DNA of 62,990 nucleotides, the filler included, from Hausera hauseri (lineage: Eukaryota), in the NCBI GenBank assembly GCA_046269625.1. It is 12 parts of 12 records of this genome, joined end to end, with 100 filler letters (N's around TTAATTAATTAA, not from the genome) between each part and the next. Parts side by side here need not be neighbours in the genome. Positions count along the whole stretch, not along the records: positions 34,809 to 39,875 come from JBJURY010346379.1; positions 39,976 to 44,530 come from JBJURY010529566.1; positions 44,631 to 49,202 come from JBJURY010522792.1; positions 49,303 to 53,354 come from JBJURY010792757.1; 8 more parts are not named here. One strand, written 5' to 3'. Below the pieces are notes generated by a model. The model saw nothing but the letters and a program-made list of their open reading frames with translations, was not told where the DNA came from and made no database searches. Positions 38,419 through 49,478 of this stretch are shown one piece after another. Positions within the stretch are counted from its first letter, which is position 1, and each line of letters opens with the position of its first letter. The translations under genes were made by a program, and so were the position numbers.

Positions 38419-39875
38419 TCTATATAATAAAGTAATTTGTCTGTCTGTAACACCCCGCAATTTCGACAAAGTAGATCATTCTCGAGAAAAGTGGAAATGT
38501 GCAGATCTACTCTAGAACTTTGTGGAAATTCCTAACATTTCAATATTTTTGGTATAAATTCAATAATCAATTCAGGGTATTTGAAACTCTACCAAAGTTT
38601 ATTTATAAAAGCAATGAAATACCATCTCGAAGGCCCGTTGTAGTACGCGCCAGAAGATTGACAAAGTCAAGAGATAACAGAAAATGCCTCTCAAAGAGAA
38701 TCTCGGCTAACAAACGCACGTTTGAGAAGAAATCGCTCACGAATACGACGTAAAATCGGCCATGAAAGGCAACAAGTTAGGAGGTCGCAAGCAAGCGCCA
38801 CAGCTACAGCTTTCTCCGCTTACTCCTATGACAAAAAGTTTTTTCATCGTGTGGTGCTTTTCATTTTGTTGGTGAGCGAACCGGAACTGACAAATTTTTC
38901 TTTACTTCGTATTGCCAAAAGGGAAAAATTAATTTAAAGTCAGTAACAATTGTACAATATGATACAAATCTTGAAAGGAAAACTGAAGCTTTGCAATTTC
39001 TTAATTCCCTTTTAACCAGTGAGCATTGTCAGAGTGCCAATTTTCTTAATGAAGTTCGCCCTTATAACGGTTCCTTAGCAATTGCGTCGTAAAACCTCAA
39101 TCTTCATGTGTTTAACTCGTCAGGTCCGTACGTCTACTGTGTGCATGGACAAATTTACCATTGCTTATGCCCAACTAATGCAGGAATTGGGCAAACTCCT
39201 CAATTTAACCAATTATACTTCCTCAGTACCGATGAGGCGATGACGCATCGTCAGCAAACATCAATTCAACATGATCTAAATGCCATTTTACTGCTCCAAT
39301 TGGAAAACGCAATTCTTCTTTTTAATCCAATTGCCCAAGCATACCAGACTGTGAAAGATGTCATCGAACAAAAGACTTCAACGGTATTTAATGATAAAAG
39401 ATCGGAGAGATCTCAGATTAATTTTTGATGAAGGGAGTAATTTAGATCTACGTCACTACAATGCACCAACTGCTAATCAAATTGCAGCTGTTATAGTCGG
39501 TGATTCATCAAATTGTTTTCAACTTCAGGATTTCAGATGTTTTGTCTCAAATCCCAATTATCAACGGCAATTGTGACCAAATATGTTATCCAATCGCTGA
39601 CACCCGACGCTTCTACGCATTACAAGGAGAAAATTTTTCAATGATGCAATTCTATTCTTATAAGCTTGCGTATCGTGATAGTCTCAATTCTATTCGATAC
39701 GGAGGAAAATTGTTCCAGCAATATGTCGTTGATGCTTATGTCAAAGTTAAAGGAGAACGTCTCAATTTTCTGCGCAGTAATCAATAAATTCTTCGAGCTG
39801 AAAGTTACCAAGGACTCATGGACTATTTAGCCAATACTACTGATGTTATAAATGCATGCATTGGCAAAACAATTA
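38419..39875 (+). mobile_element. Helitron 5' end and decayed Rep/helicase N-terminal region
   Basis: 5' TCTATATAATAAAG..GTCTGTCTG; GPYVYCVHGQIYH, QLYF, YNAPTANQIAAVIVG, GGKLFQQYVVDAYVKV..ERL, LRAESY. Confidence 0.92.
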
Positions 39876-41619
39876 NNNNNNNNNNNNNNNNNNNNNNNNN
39901 NNNNNNNNNNNNNNNNNNNTTAATTAATTAANNNNNNNNNNNNNNNNNNNNNNNNNNNNNNNNNNNNNNNNNNNNATCTCTGACTTCAGTAATCCAAGTA
40001 ATGCTTCAGATTCAGACTCCAGTCCACAGCCCTGCACCAAACAGAGCCATCAGTATTACCAATATGATTCTTTCAGACGTATCATCCATAAATGATACTG
40101 AGCATACGCTGGTTCTTGAATCACAACCAATGTTCTTTAAACACCTTCAGATGTCAATTTTAATGAAAAGCTTGAAAAAAAAAATGACCAGTAACCCCGA
40201 GATTATCAACAATGCCAAACAGTTTAATCTCTAAGGATACCGGCTACCACAATGATGTTCCCTGTAAACAGAACAATTAAAAACAAACAAATGTAACACA
40301 GGTGAAGACAACAAATCTTGCATTCATTCAACCAACCACAAAGACTACCACCCTGCAATCAAAATCTCAAGCATCTCAGCAAGTGCAAGTGAAAAAAAGC
40401 ATGTAACACAAAACATGAAGATGAAAAGAAAATAAATACGGTAACATGTGCCAACCACAACAATCCATTTTAACAATAGTTAATATTTATAGTTAACAAA
40501 TACTGGTAAAAAGAAAGGAGAAACAAATATGAACAAACAAAAAGTCTTTTCACTCTAACATATTCCAATATGAGCACATATCCACCTCAGACATATGGTT
40601 CATCTATAATCAGAGATTTTAATCAGATTAGATTCTGAGCAGACAAGAAGTCTGTCTCATTTTTTAAAATTTGCCTGAGACAGCTGGCTGTCTAAAAGAT
40701 TCTCCATGAGACCTTGTACATCTAAACACAATTCCAGCCGGATCTGATCCTCACGAACAACCCAGGATGAACATGACTGACGCAGGACTGCTGGCTAGTT
40801 AACTGCCAGGTTTCTCTGGGTGGGGAATCAGACCGGTGCAACATATTTAAAGAAGCTTAATTAAAAGTGGTGTGCTCCATCTAGTCTCTGCTGATACAAT
40901 TAGAAAGCTCGTGCCTTTGTGTGGTAGTGCTTTCTTTTCCTGTATTGTCTCTGTGCGGGGTCATTCTGTAACCACATGCTGGTTTTATATGTTTATTGTA
41001 TTAAGCTTTGCTCTTTCTACCTCACTCAGTCATGTTGAAATCATTCGTGTGGAAAATAGATGCAGCAGTTAATTAACTTTATGGAAAAAAGTACCCTATG
41101 TTTTTCCATATCTAAATGGCACAATTTAGAAGATTAAAATGGTACGTCCAAATATTTGCTATTGTTGTGTAGTAAAGATGTTACTACACAACAATATTTT
41201 ACTATAAAATATTTTCCACCTAAAAGATTTAGCGACCACAGAGAGAATCTTGTTCAGTAGAGATCTACCAACAGTTGATCTTTTCAAGTGTCCCACAAAA
41301 CCAATAAAGAAAGAAACTCATCGGTTCTGGAAACTAAATGCATTTCTCTATTGGTTTTGAAATTCTTCTTCTTCTGAAAGGTTTGAGTTTTGAAAATCAG
41401 GGAGAAATGATAGATAGATTTTAATCATATTTTTGAAAAAACAAATTGCACAATGGATGGAGAGCTGAATGAGATCTCTACTCAGCTTACCTCCGTGAAT
41501 TACTATGAAGGTTTTCAATGTGAGAACTTTGGGAATTCTCACTTTCTAAACTAGATCAATCTTGCCTGTCTCTATGTCCTGCTTGTCTCTATGTCTTGTG
41601 TCCTGTATTGTTGCGTTCA

Positions 41620-41911
41620 ATACGGGACGCAACATGTGACAGCCAAATACGGGACGATTCTGTATTTTACAGGACGGGTGGCAACCCTAGTTGCAGATGT
41701 TGTATGTGGTTGCTATGACTACTATTAGAGGAGAGTGTGTTGGCGCCAAAAAAGCTGGAGAACATTATGGGATTTGTAGTGTTAGTGATGAATATGCTGT
41801 ATAATACTGGCAGGCTAGCTCTACTAGTCATTTAGTTTTGCTTCGTGGGCTAACTGTAATTACACTGCGGGCCAAATTTGGTCCGCGGGCCATAAGAGTT
41901 TGACACTTATG
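41620..41911. mobile_element. Fish-type hAT MITE termini remnants
   Basis: ...GACGGGTGGCAACCCTA (41672-41689) and CGGGCCAAATTTGGTCCGCGGGCC..GAGTTTGACAC (41868-41906) resemble common teleost hAT MITE ends. Confidence 0.55.
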
Positions 41912-42541
41912 GCTTACAGCATTCACACTAATTAAACAGAAACCAGAAAATATTTATTACAGAACCAAAAAAGCACCAGGAGAGTGAAACTTTGGGTTTT
42001 ACAACGAGCCCTCCAGCATCTACCCTACACAATGGAAAACCATCAATTGACATCATGGAAAAAAATAGACGTCCATCATAGTGTGATGAAGCTACAAACA
42101 GGAGGGTTATAAAGGAGAAATCTAACACTAACATTAATTAAGAAAACAAAACACTCAAGTCTTCTGTTCAAACTTGGTCTCATTTTCTCCCATCTGTAAA
42201 ATGTTTATAGTAACAATCATACAACACAAGACCATTCATCTTTTATTAAAGTGTTGATTACAGAGAATTAGTTTAAACTGAATTCTAGGTCAACTGTAAA
42301 ATGTTCCAGCGCTGGTAAACATTCATCACCATGGTAACGAACGGCTATGTCATCATACATGTATCACAGTCAGCCAGAACAAATACTATGACATCACTCA
42401 TTACACAGCAGTTTTCAAAGGGATTTAACATTAAGTCATATTGCTCTCAACTCAGTTCCGAGGTGCACATTTCACTGAAGGTATTTAGTAGTTATTCTTC
42501 AAGAAGCAGATTACTGTTGGAAGCAATTTGTTCCAAGTACA

Positions 42542-44410
42542 ATGATGAATAGTTCCACACAACAACCGACCGAGGACAGGTCGGACCAAATAAATGACAA
42601 TGATGACCGATTCAATAAGGACAAGTCGGACCAAATAAATGACAATGATGACCGATTCAATAAGGACAGGTCGGACCAAATAAATGACAATGATGACCGA
42701 TTCAATAAGAAAGACAGCAAAAGAGAAAGTCTTTTGTCCAATGTTGAAGACAGGAGTCAGCGTAAAGAAATGGATGTTCAGAAACTAATTAAAAAGCTGG
42801 AGGTAAAATGCTTCAAGTTATCTAGCAAGAATAAAGAAGTTACGGCCAAACTTGAACAAAGTAAGGCAAAAGTTGAGCATCTGGAAGGTCAGTTGCGAAA
42901 CACCGAACAAACTCTTGCAGAAAAATCAAAGACTCTGATGCTTGAAACTGCGCAGAGACGGGACCTGGCTGACAACGTGGCAGCACTGAAGGTGTTCCGA
43001 GAACGAGCGCTGGACGCAGAGAAACAGGTCAAAGAGCTTATGGACGAGAACCAAAGACTCAAAGTGCAAGCAGACTTATCGCAGCAAAAAGCAAGATCAT
43101 CTAAAAATGAAATGGAGGCTCAGAAAGTTGAGCATAAAAAAATGACGGATCTCTTGAGAATTAAAGACAACTTGAACGACAATCTTAATGTTGCATTGGA
43201 AGCAAAAGAAAAGGAAGTGGATGCTAAGACAGAGGAGCTTCAGAAGCAACACAGAATTATGGAAGAGGCTGACCGTGAAGCAAAAAGACGTCGCCAAAAT
43301 GAGGCAATGATTTTACAAAGAATAAAACGCAAAGATGACGAAAATTTAAGTCTACGAAATGAAGTGAGATTACTGAAAACGGCTTTGCTTGACGTCGAGA
43401 AGAGCTTGAGAAAGAGAGATTTGAGGCATCAAAAACTCCAGGAGAAATTTGAAAATGTCCAGTCAGAGAAAGCACAATTTGAAGAAGAAAACAACACCCT
43501 GATAGATGCCAAAGAGAAACTTGAAAGAAAGGTTCTGGACAAACAAGCACATCTGCAGAAGTCCCACAAAAAGATTACGTCTTTAAAGAATAAAGTGGAG
43601 CAAGTCAAGATGAAACTGGCTGAAGCGATTAATATCAGCAAAGAAAACCAGATCAATTTTGAAAAGGAAATCCTGGGCGCAAAAGAAGATTGCAAAAAAG
43701 TAGAACTACAGAGAGAAGAAGCTCTGACTAAAAACAGAAGGGCCACAGAAACTCTTCACTCATATGAGAGGAAAATTGGCCAACAGTTTTATAAAATTCG
43801 CCAACAGGAATCTCAGATTACAGAGCTCTCTAAGGAGGTTCTGAAACTCCGTACGGAAGAGGAGAAAATTAAGAAGATAGAAGATGCTTCTTGTAAGCCG
43901 GAGATATTATTTATAGTGGAAGAGAACGGAGAGGTCGTATTTATCTCAGAGGACACTCGCAAGGAGCAAGTTGGAACGCTTCGTGCATGTAAGCTCAAAT
44001 TATCCACCAAACTAAAAGAGATGGGGAACGAAAATATGGCGCTCAAGCATGAGGTGGAGAAGCTGCAGCAAGTGGTGAAGGACCTCGAGTGCAAGGTAAG
44101 CCGACAGCCGGAAGACAAAGGCCCAAGACTGAAAGAAAGTCAGACCCAGGTTAGAGCTCTGAAGGAGCAGGTACAAATCCAAGAGGCAGAAATCAGCTCC
44201 TATGTGGCAAAAGTAAAACTGCAAGAAGAGAACATTTATAAGCTGAGAAATGACTTGGGAAGAGCCACATTTAATGTGAAAAAGAAGCTTCCACAAATTA
44301 CTCCTCAGTCAAAACACGACAAAGTAAATACTGAGGATACCATAAAAAAATCCAGGAACATCGTTTATCTGCCGCCCATCCAGAACAACTCATTTGGAAA
44401 GGGCAAATAA
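42542..44410 (+). CDS. Intact intronless 622-aa coiled-coil protein, teleost-like context
   Basis: Uninterrupted ORF rich in K/E/Q/L heptads; no catalytic motif. Confidence 0.75.
   Translation: MMNSSTQQPTEDRSDQINDNDDRFNKDKSDQINDNDDRFNKDRSDQINDNDDRFNKKDSKRESLLSNVEDRSQRKEMDVQKLIKKLEVKCFKLSSKNKEVTAKLEQSKAKVEHLEGQLRNTEQTLAEKSKTLMLETAQRRDLADNVAALKVFRERALDAEKQVKELMDENQRLKVQADLSQQKARSSKNEMEAQKVEHKKMTDLLRIKDNLNDNLNVALEAKEKEVDAKTEELQKQHRIMEEADREAKRRRQNEAMILQRIKRKDDENLSLRNEVRLLKTALLDVEKSLRKRDLRHQKLQEKFENVQSEKAQFEEENNTLIDAKEKLERKVLDKQAHLQKSHKKITSLKNKVEQVKMKLAEAINISKENQINFEKEILGAKEDCKKVELQREEALTKNRRATETLHSYERKIGQQFYKIRQQESQITELSKEVLKLRTEEEKIKKIEDASCKPEILFIVEENGEVVFISEDTRKEQVGTLRACKLKLSTKLKEMGNENMALKHEVEKLQQVVKDLECKVSRQPEDKGPRLKESQTQVRALKEQVQIQEAEISSYVAKVKLQEENIYKLRNDLGRATFNVKKKLPQITPQSKHDKVNTEDTIKKSRNIVYLPPIQNNSFGKGK
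42572..42708 (+). repeat. 45-bp coding tandem repeat x3
   Basis: D(R/K)SDQINDNDDRFNK repeated three times, nearly identical at DNA level. Confidence 0.95.
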
Positions 44411-45430
44411 AAGAAGCTGCCTTTTTTTTCTTTCAGTTTCGGGATTTCCTTATGGCCGTCACAATCGTCGGAGATCCCGGTGCCTGAGCCGCCAGATGGC
44501 CCGATTTGTCCCACGCAGGATCTGCATGTGNNNNNNNNNNNNNNNNNNNNNNNNNNNNNNNNNNNNNNNNNNNNTTAATTAATTAANNNNNNNNNNNNNN
44601 NNNNNNNNNNNNNNNNNNNNNNNNNNNNNNATCATACTGGTCATAATGAGAGCAGCCGTACGGCCAAGAGTGAGTGCTGTGTGGACCTGATGGGGTCGTA
44701 GCCCAGGCATGACCAACATAGCTTGTCCTCCTTCAACTCCTCATTGGCCAAGATACAGAAGGATGCATGGGCCCACCTCCTGAACACACGTGCACCCCTG
44801 ATCACTACAACCATAAACCATTAAGAAGAACAAAGTCACTACAACAGGTTTATGCTTGAGCCAAACCCTCAACACTTCATTACACTGAATAAGTAATCCT
44901 CTGGTTTAAGACATACCTAAAGACCTCTCCAAGATCCCGAAGAGACGTTCCACAGACTTGATGATGATTTTATACCCGTGTACATTTTACATTGTGCGAA
45001 ATTGGTGGTTTGTTTAAGGAAGTATACTTAACGAATATGACGAGAGCACAATGTGCCAAATGTGTTGCAAGATTGCTAAGGCAAATAAAATTCTGTCATA
45101 AAGAAGTAAATTTCTTATTGAAGCAACTACAGACTCATATGAATAAAGATTTTATTCATTTTATCAACGAGAAATCCAGATTCAGCATTATTCATGCATT
45201 GGATGGTTTGTATAACAAAAAATTTTTCACAAAATTATGGGAATCATTTGACAAAATCAAAGACCCGGTTCAATGATTTTCAAATGTTATTTAATAAAGA
45301 TTTTTGTTTTAACGACATGCCATTTGTGTTATTCTTTATGCATTAAATAGAAATTGTTTTGACTAGGCTGAATGACTTTTTTGAACTGAAATATTTAATA
45401 TGTTTTGTTAGTTAATTAATCAAACTATAC

Positions 45431-45878
45431 TACGTGGGTAGTTCAAAAAGTTCGCGGAAAAATTATTCTTAGGATTTTGTTTAATCGAATTTGACTATTG
45501 AAAAATTTTATTTTAATCATTGTGCATAAATTCATTGATTATAAATACATTTTAATTTTGTAAATGAAATTTCATATAGATCAATACAAAGCATATGTTC
45601 ATTATCCTTGTATATTGTATCAAATAAGTATTTAAATGAGGTGAAAGTGTGTTTTTCAGATGAATCTTGAATACTTCATATATCATACTACTCATTTTAT
45701 GCACAATATAAATATTTATAATGACTATATACAGAGTTAAGCAAACTTTTTGTTTTTCTTTTTTGTTTTGAACGCGAATTATGCAAAGGAATGTGAAAAT
45801 TTCGCAAAATTTATTATTCTAAATTGATGGAGATAAACAAAATCCTAAGAATAATTTTTTCACGAACTTTCTGAACTA
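45431..45878. mobile_element. Mariner-like MITE
   Basis: TA-CGTGGGTAGTTCAAAAAGTTCGCGGAAAAATTATTCTTAGGATTTTGTTT and its inverted copy AAACAAAATCCTAAGAATAATTTTTTCACGAACTTTCTGAACTA. Confidence 0.8.
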
Positions 45879-47607
45879 ATTTTGTTTTAAATTTTAGACG
45901 TCTAAAGATGATCTGGCTATTTGGATGGTGATTTTCGATTATTATCGATTGCGACATTCTTGTCTTCGTTTATTCTTTTTACAATGTGTAGCCGTAGATG
46001 ATTGAATATATGTGGATGTCTTTTACAGTAAGCAGTGGATGACAGTCAACAAAAGGCATTCCGGAAACTAATAAATTTGAAATTATAACATCATACAATC
46101 ACATTGCAGCTCTCGAGTTAGTAAAAGTTTTTTATCAATAAGTTCATGTCTTTGTGGATTGCCGTATCTTTAGGACAAAATTATTAGATGAGATTTACAT
46201 AATAATGATAACGATTACGAGAATTCATGGCATTATGAATTAGTACCTAGTTTTATATACCTTAAAGTTTTTAGCAAATCTGACGAAACAATAAAAATTT
46301 TACTCTTATGATGTTATATTGTGACAATGACTGTTTATTACGGTACACAATTTCTGTCTGTTTTTGATGAGATATGATCCTGGAAAATATACATTAAACT
46401 ACAACACTAATGATTTTTTCACATTCTTTTCTCTGTGTGACCAAAATCCCGAATTGTTATAAAGGGAATAGTTTGCTGAACCTCTTAGTTACTAAAACGT
46501 TGAATGTGTAGCACCAAAGTAACTTTTCTGGAGGAAATATTTTAATGATCAAATTTTCTAGTGTCTCTCAGATTTCACTCACTGACTGTAACCAATTGAA
46601 CTGTCAAACTCTACTTGCCAACAAGAGTTTACTGCAGTTCATACTTTCATTCTATCTGATTCGAAGGTTCATTTTGAACTACAGTGTAAAAATCAGATCA
46701 CTTTCAAGGGAACTATCATTGTAGCGACCAACTTCCAACTGTGAAAATATAGATAATGTCATCAGGATTTTGTACCAACAATCAGATAATGCTGAGGATT
46801 AATGTAGTGCTTAAAGTGTGGTCACAATGGAGGGGTTACCAGATCGGTGAGAGGACTTTCCCCACCACGTGACTATACGACACAAAAGTTGTCATCTTAG
46901 ACAAAGGTGTGCCAACAGTATTCGTTCGAATATTTTGCAAAAGTTACTATTGATACGTTTAACAGTGTGTAAACAATTTCAAATTTTCTTTTGTCAAAAC
47001 ATATTTGGTGAAACATAAATATTTTGGACGTTTTCTTTTATTTGGAATCTGTTGCAAGTTTACCCCAATTGTTTCTGACAAGTAAAACTGGTGAAGTTGA
47101 ATCCACAATGTATCATTATTTGTTTGCATTTGGATCGTGCAGAACATTGTATGAATTCATTAATGAAAAGAATATATTTTTGTGATAATCCTGTGGCAAA
47201 TGAATTACGCTACAACTTTAGAACCATTTTATAAATCTCCATGTGTAATTTATGAAACTACTAGGATGCTGTGAACAAAAGAAGTTGAAATATGGTTATT
47301 CCAAGTAGTTTATATATTCCGATATTGGAATGAAACGAAAATTACCAGCGGATAGATGTTTAAAGACATTAGTTGCATTATCTACAACTAATTAATTAAT
47401 TAGTTGCATCTGCGTGTATATATCTGTTTGTATATGTATATACAAGATATTGATTTGTTGATTATTAATTATCTTGAAAGTAAAGAAATAAATTGTTACT
47501 ATAGAAATTTGCCGTTTGGACTTATCATTTCTTATTGGATTCATTTACTACGTTGGTGTCAGATAATTGGAATTTTTGAAAACACTAGTAATCAAGTCTT
47601 TGTTGCA

Positions 47608-48255
47608 ATGACGGATAGTGAAAGCCAAGATTCTACGCCTATGGATGATACGATTTTTCTTGTTAATGTTGATCCACAATTGAAGACATCGAATGCCTAT
47701 CAAAACTTAATGCAAGAAGTTTTAATCGAATCCCAAGAAAGAAATTCCACTCCAACCTACAATAAAACTGAAAGAGGATCTATAGACAACATGAAATTGT
47801 ATTACAACTACTACAGCGACGTATGCTTTCTTGGAAAGACCGTTATTCGAAAGCCGAACGATCCAGCTGAAGTGAATCATTGTATTGCCGATTTTAATAA
47901 ACAAAAACGAACGATTTGTTCTGTATCACTTCTGATTCCATTTTGCAATAGTGATGCAGTCAAAATGATTGATCCGGAGAACTCAACAGTTCTTGCTATG
48001 TTTCCAATTTACCGAATCGGTTTTTGTACCAGTGGCTATCGAGGACAATTCGGTGAATATCTGGCATTTTCTTTTTTGGAAAGTCAAAATGCCGAAGTTA
48101 TTATTCCAGACCGAATTCGAAATTCCATATTTCTCTGTGTAAAAAATGTTCGACACATGACAGAAAAATTAGTCGCTATTGTTGCGTCATTGAATAAAAG
48201 AGATGAACCATCATCTGGACCAAGTGAAATCAATAGTACACCTTGTAAGGATTGA
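47608..48255 (+). CDS. RABGAP1: RABGAP1-like PTB domain protein (N-terminal part only; no TBC domain seen)
   Basis: VCFLGKTVIRKP...VSLLIP..SDAVKMIDPENSTVLAMFPIYRIGFC..G...LAFS matches the Rab6-GAP PTB. Likely start is ATG 47608. Confidence 0.7.
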   Translation: MTDSESQDSTPMDDTIFLVNVDPQLKTSNAYQNLMQEVLIESQERNSTPTYNKTERGSIDNMKLYYNYYSDVCFLGKTVIRKPNDPAEVNHCIADFNKQKRTICSVSLLIPFCNSDAVKMIDPENSTVLAMFPIYRIGFCTSGYRGQFGEYLAFSFLESQNAEVIIPDRIRNSIFLCVKNVRHMTEKLVAIVASLNKRDEPSSGPSEINSTPCKD

Positions 48256-48629
48256 AATGATAATGCATTTTTATAGTATTTTTCCGGGCGATGTTGTAAT
48301 TCAACTGAACTTTCCTTAACTTCATCATGTTGTAGTGAAGGTACATTGAATAACTTGTCTTTCCAAACAATATCGTCCATGTACTCCGAGGAAAAGGCTG
48401 AGATGTTGTATAAGATATTTGTGTGTCTGTCCGACTCAGTATCACCAAAGCGATTGTGAGTCATTGTGCTATTGTGGAAATAGCCAAGACGCAATTCTTG
48501 TCATTCATTCGTGATTTAAAACAGAATCAGAACCCAGGAGAAATCAAACAACGGCCAATTCCTCACAGACCACACCGAATGCGTTCGGGAGTTCAAAAAG
48601 TTTCGAGAATAATTGCGTCGATGTCCGTA

Positions 48630-49202
48630 TGAATGTTGAAGACAGTATTGTTTGTAACGAACAGCATTTCCAGATGGATAACAAAATAATCAGTGTTAAA
48701 TCACAATTGTCAATTTGTGTCCATCAATGTACAAAGGAAATAAAACCGGATAAAGTCTGCAGGTAGCCTTGTTCAAATGATGAATTTCTAATCAAAGTAC
48801 CGTACGAAAAGTATTTAGCATGCAGGAAAATTGATGACACTTGTGACCCCACATTTGTAGAGAAGTGGATGATATATGCGAAGTACCTTGTGAAAAGTAT
48901 GATCCTTGTAAAAAATTCATATGCGTTTGTCAGAAGCCTGATCCATGCGAATAAGCAAACCATGTATACAAAACACCATATGTAAAGCACGACCCTTGTA
49001 CGAAAGTTAAATGCTTTTGTCAAAAGCATGAAATAGAGGATATCTGCGAAACACCCCATGTAAAGGACGACCCGTGCAAAAACGTAGAATATTTTTGTAT
49101 AAAATGCATTTACCAAAGATCAGATTCATGCAAAAAAGTCCAACACATATGTGAATTGCCAACTGAAACTCATGATCCTTGTAGCAAAGTAGAATGCCTT
49201 TG
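48630..49202 (+). pseudogene. Cys-rich repetitive (DPC-repeat) protein, interrupted
   Basis: ICEVPCEKYDPCKKFICVCQKPDPCE*...KHDPCTKVKCFCQK...KDDPCKNVEYFC...THDPCSKVECLC. Confidence 0.6.
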
Positions 49203-49302
49203 NNNNNNNNNNNNNNNNNNNNNNNNNNNNNNNNNNNNNNNNNNNNTTAATTAATTAANNNNNNNNNNNNNNNNNNNNNNNNNNNNNNNNNNNNNNNNNN
49301 NN

Positions 49303-49478
49303 GCAATCGGTTGGGGAAAAGTGCAAAAGTGCCCTTAGCAACGGTGCCCTTAGGCACCGTTGCTAGGCACTCTATGGATCGGTAGTGCACAGTGTTCACT
49401 ATCGATCGGCACGTGCAAAATCGATTTATCGATTACCCCCTCCCCGGGGTGGGACCGAACCGCCATTTTTACACTACT
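49303..49478 (-). mobile_element. Polinton/Maverick-like terminus abutting region X
   Basis: Minus strand starts AGTAGT-GTAAAAATGG. Internal hairpin TAGCAACGGTGCC..GGCACCGTTGCTA. Homologous to 61292 onward. Confidence 0.45.
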
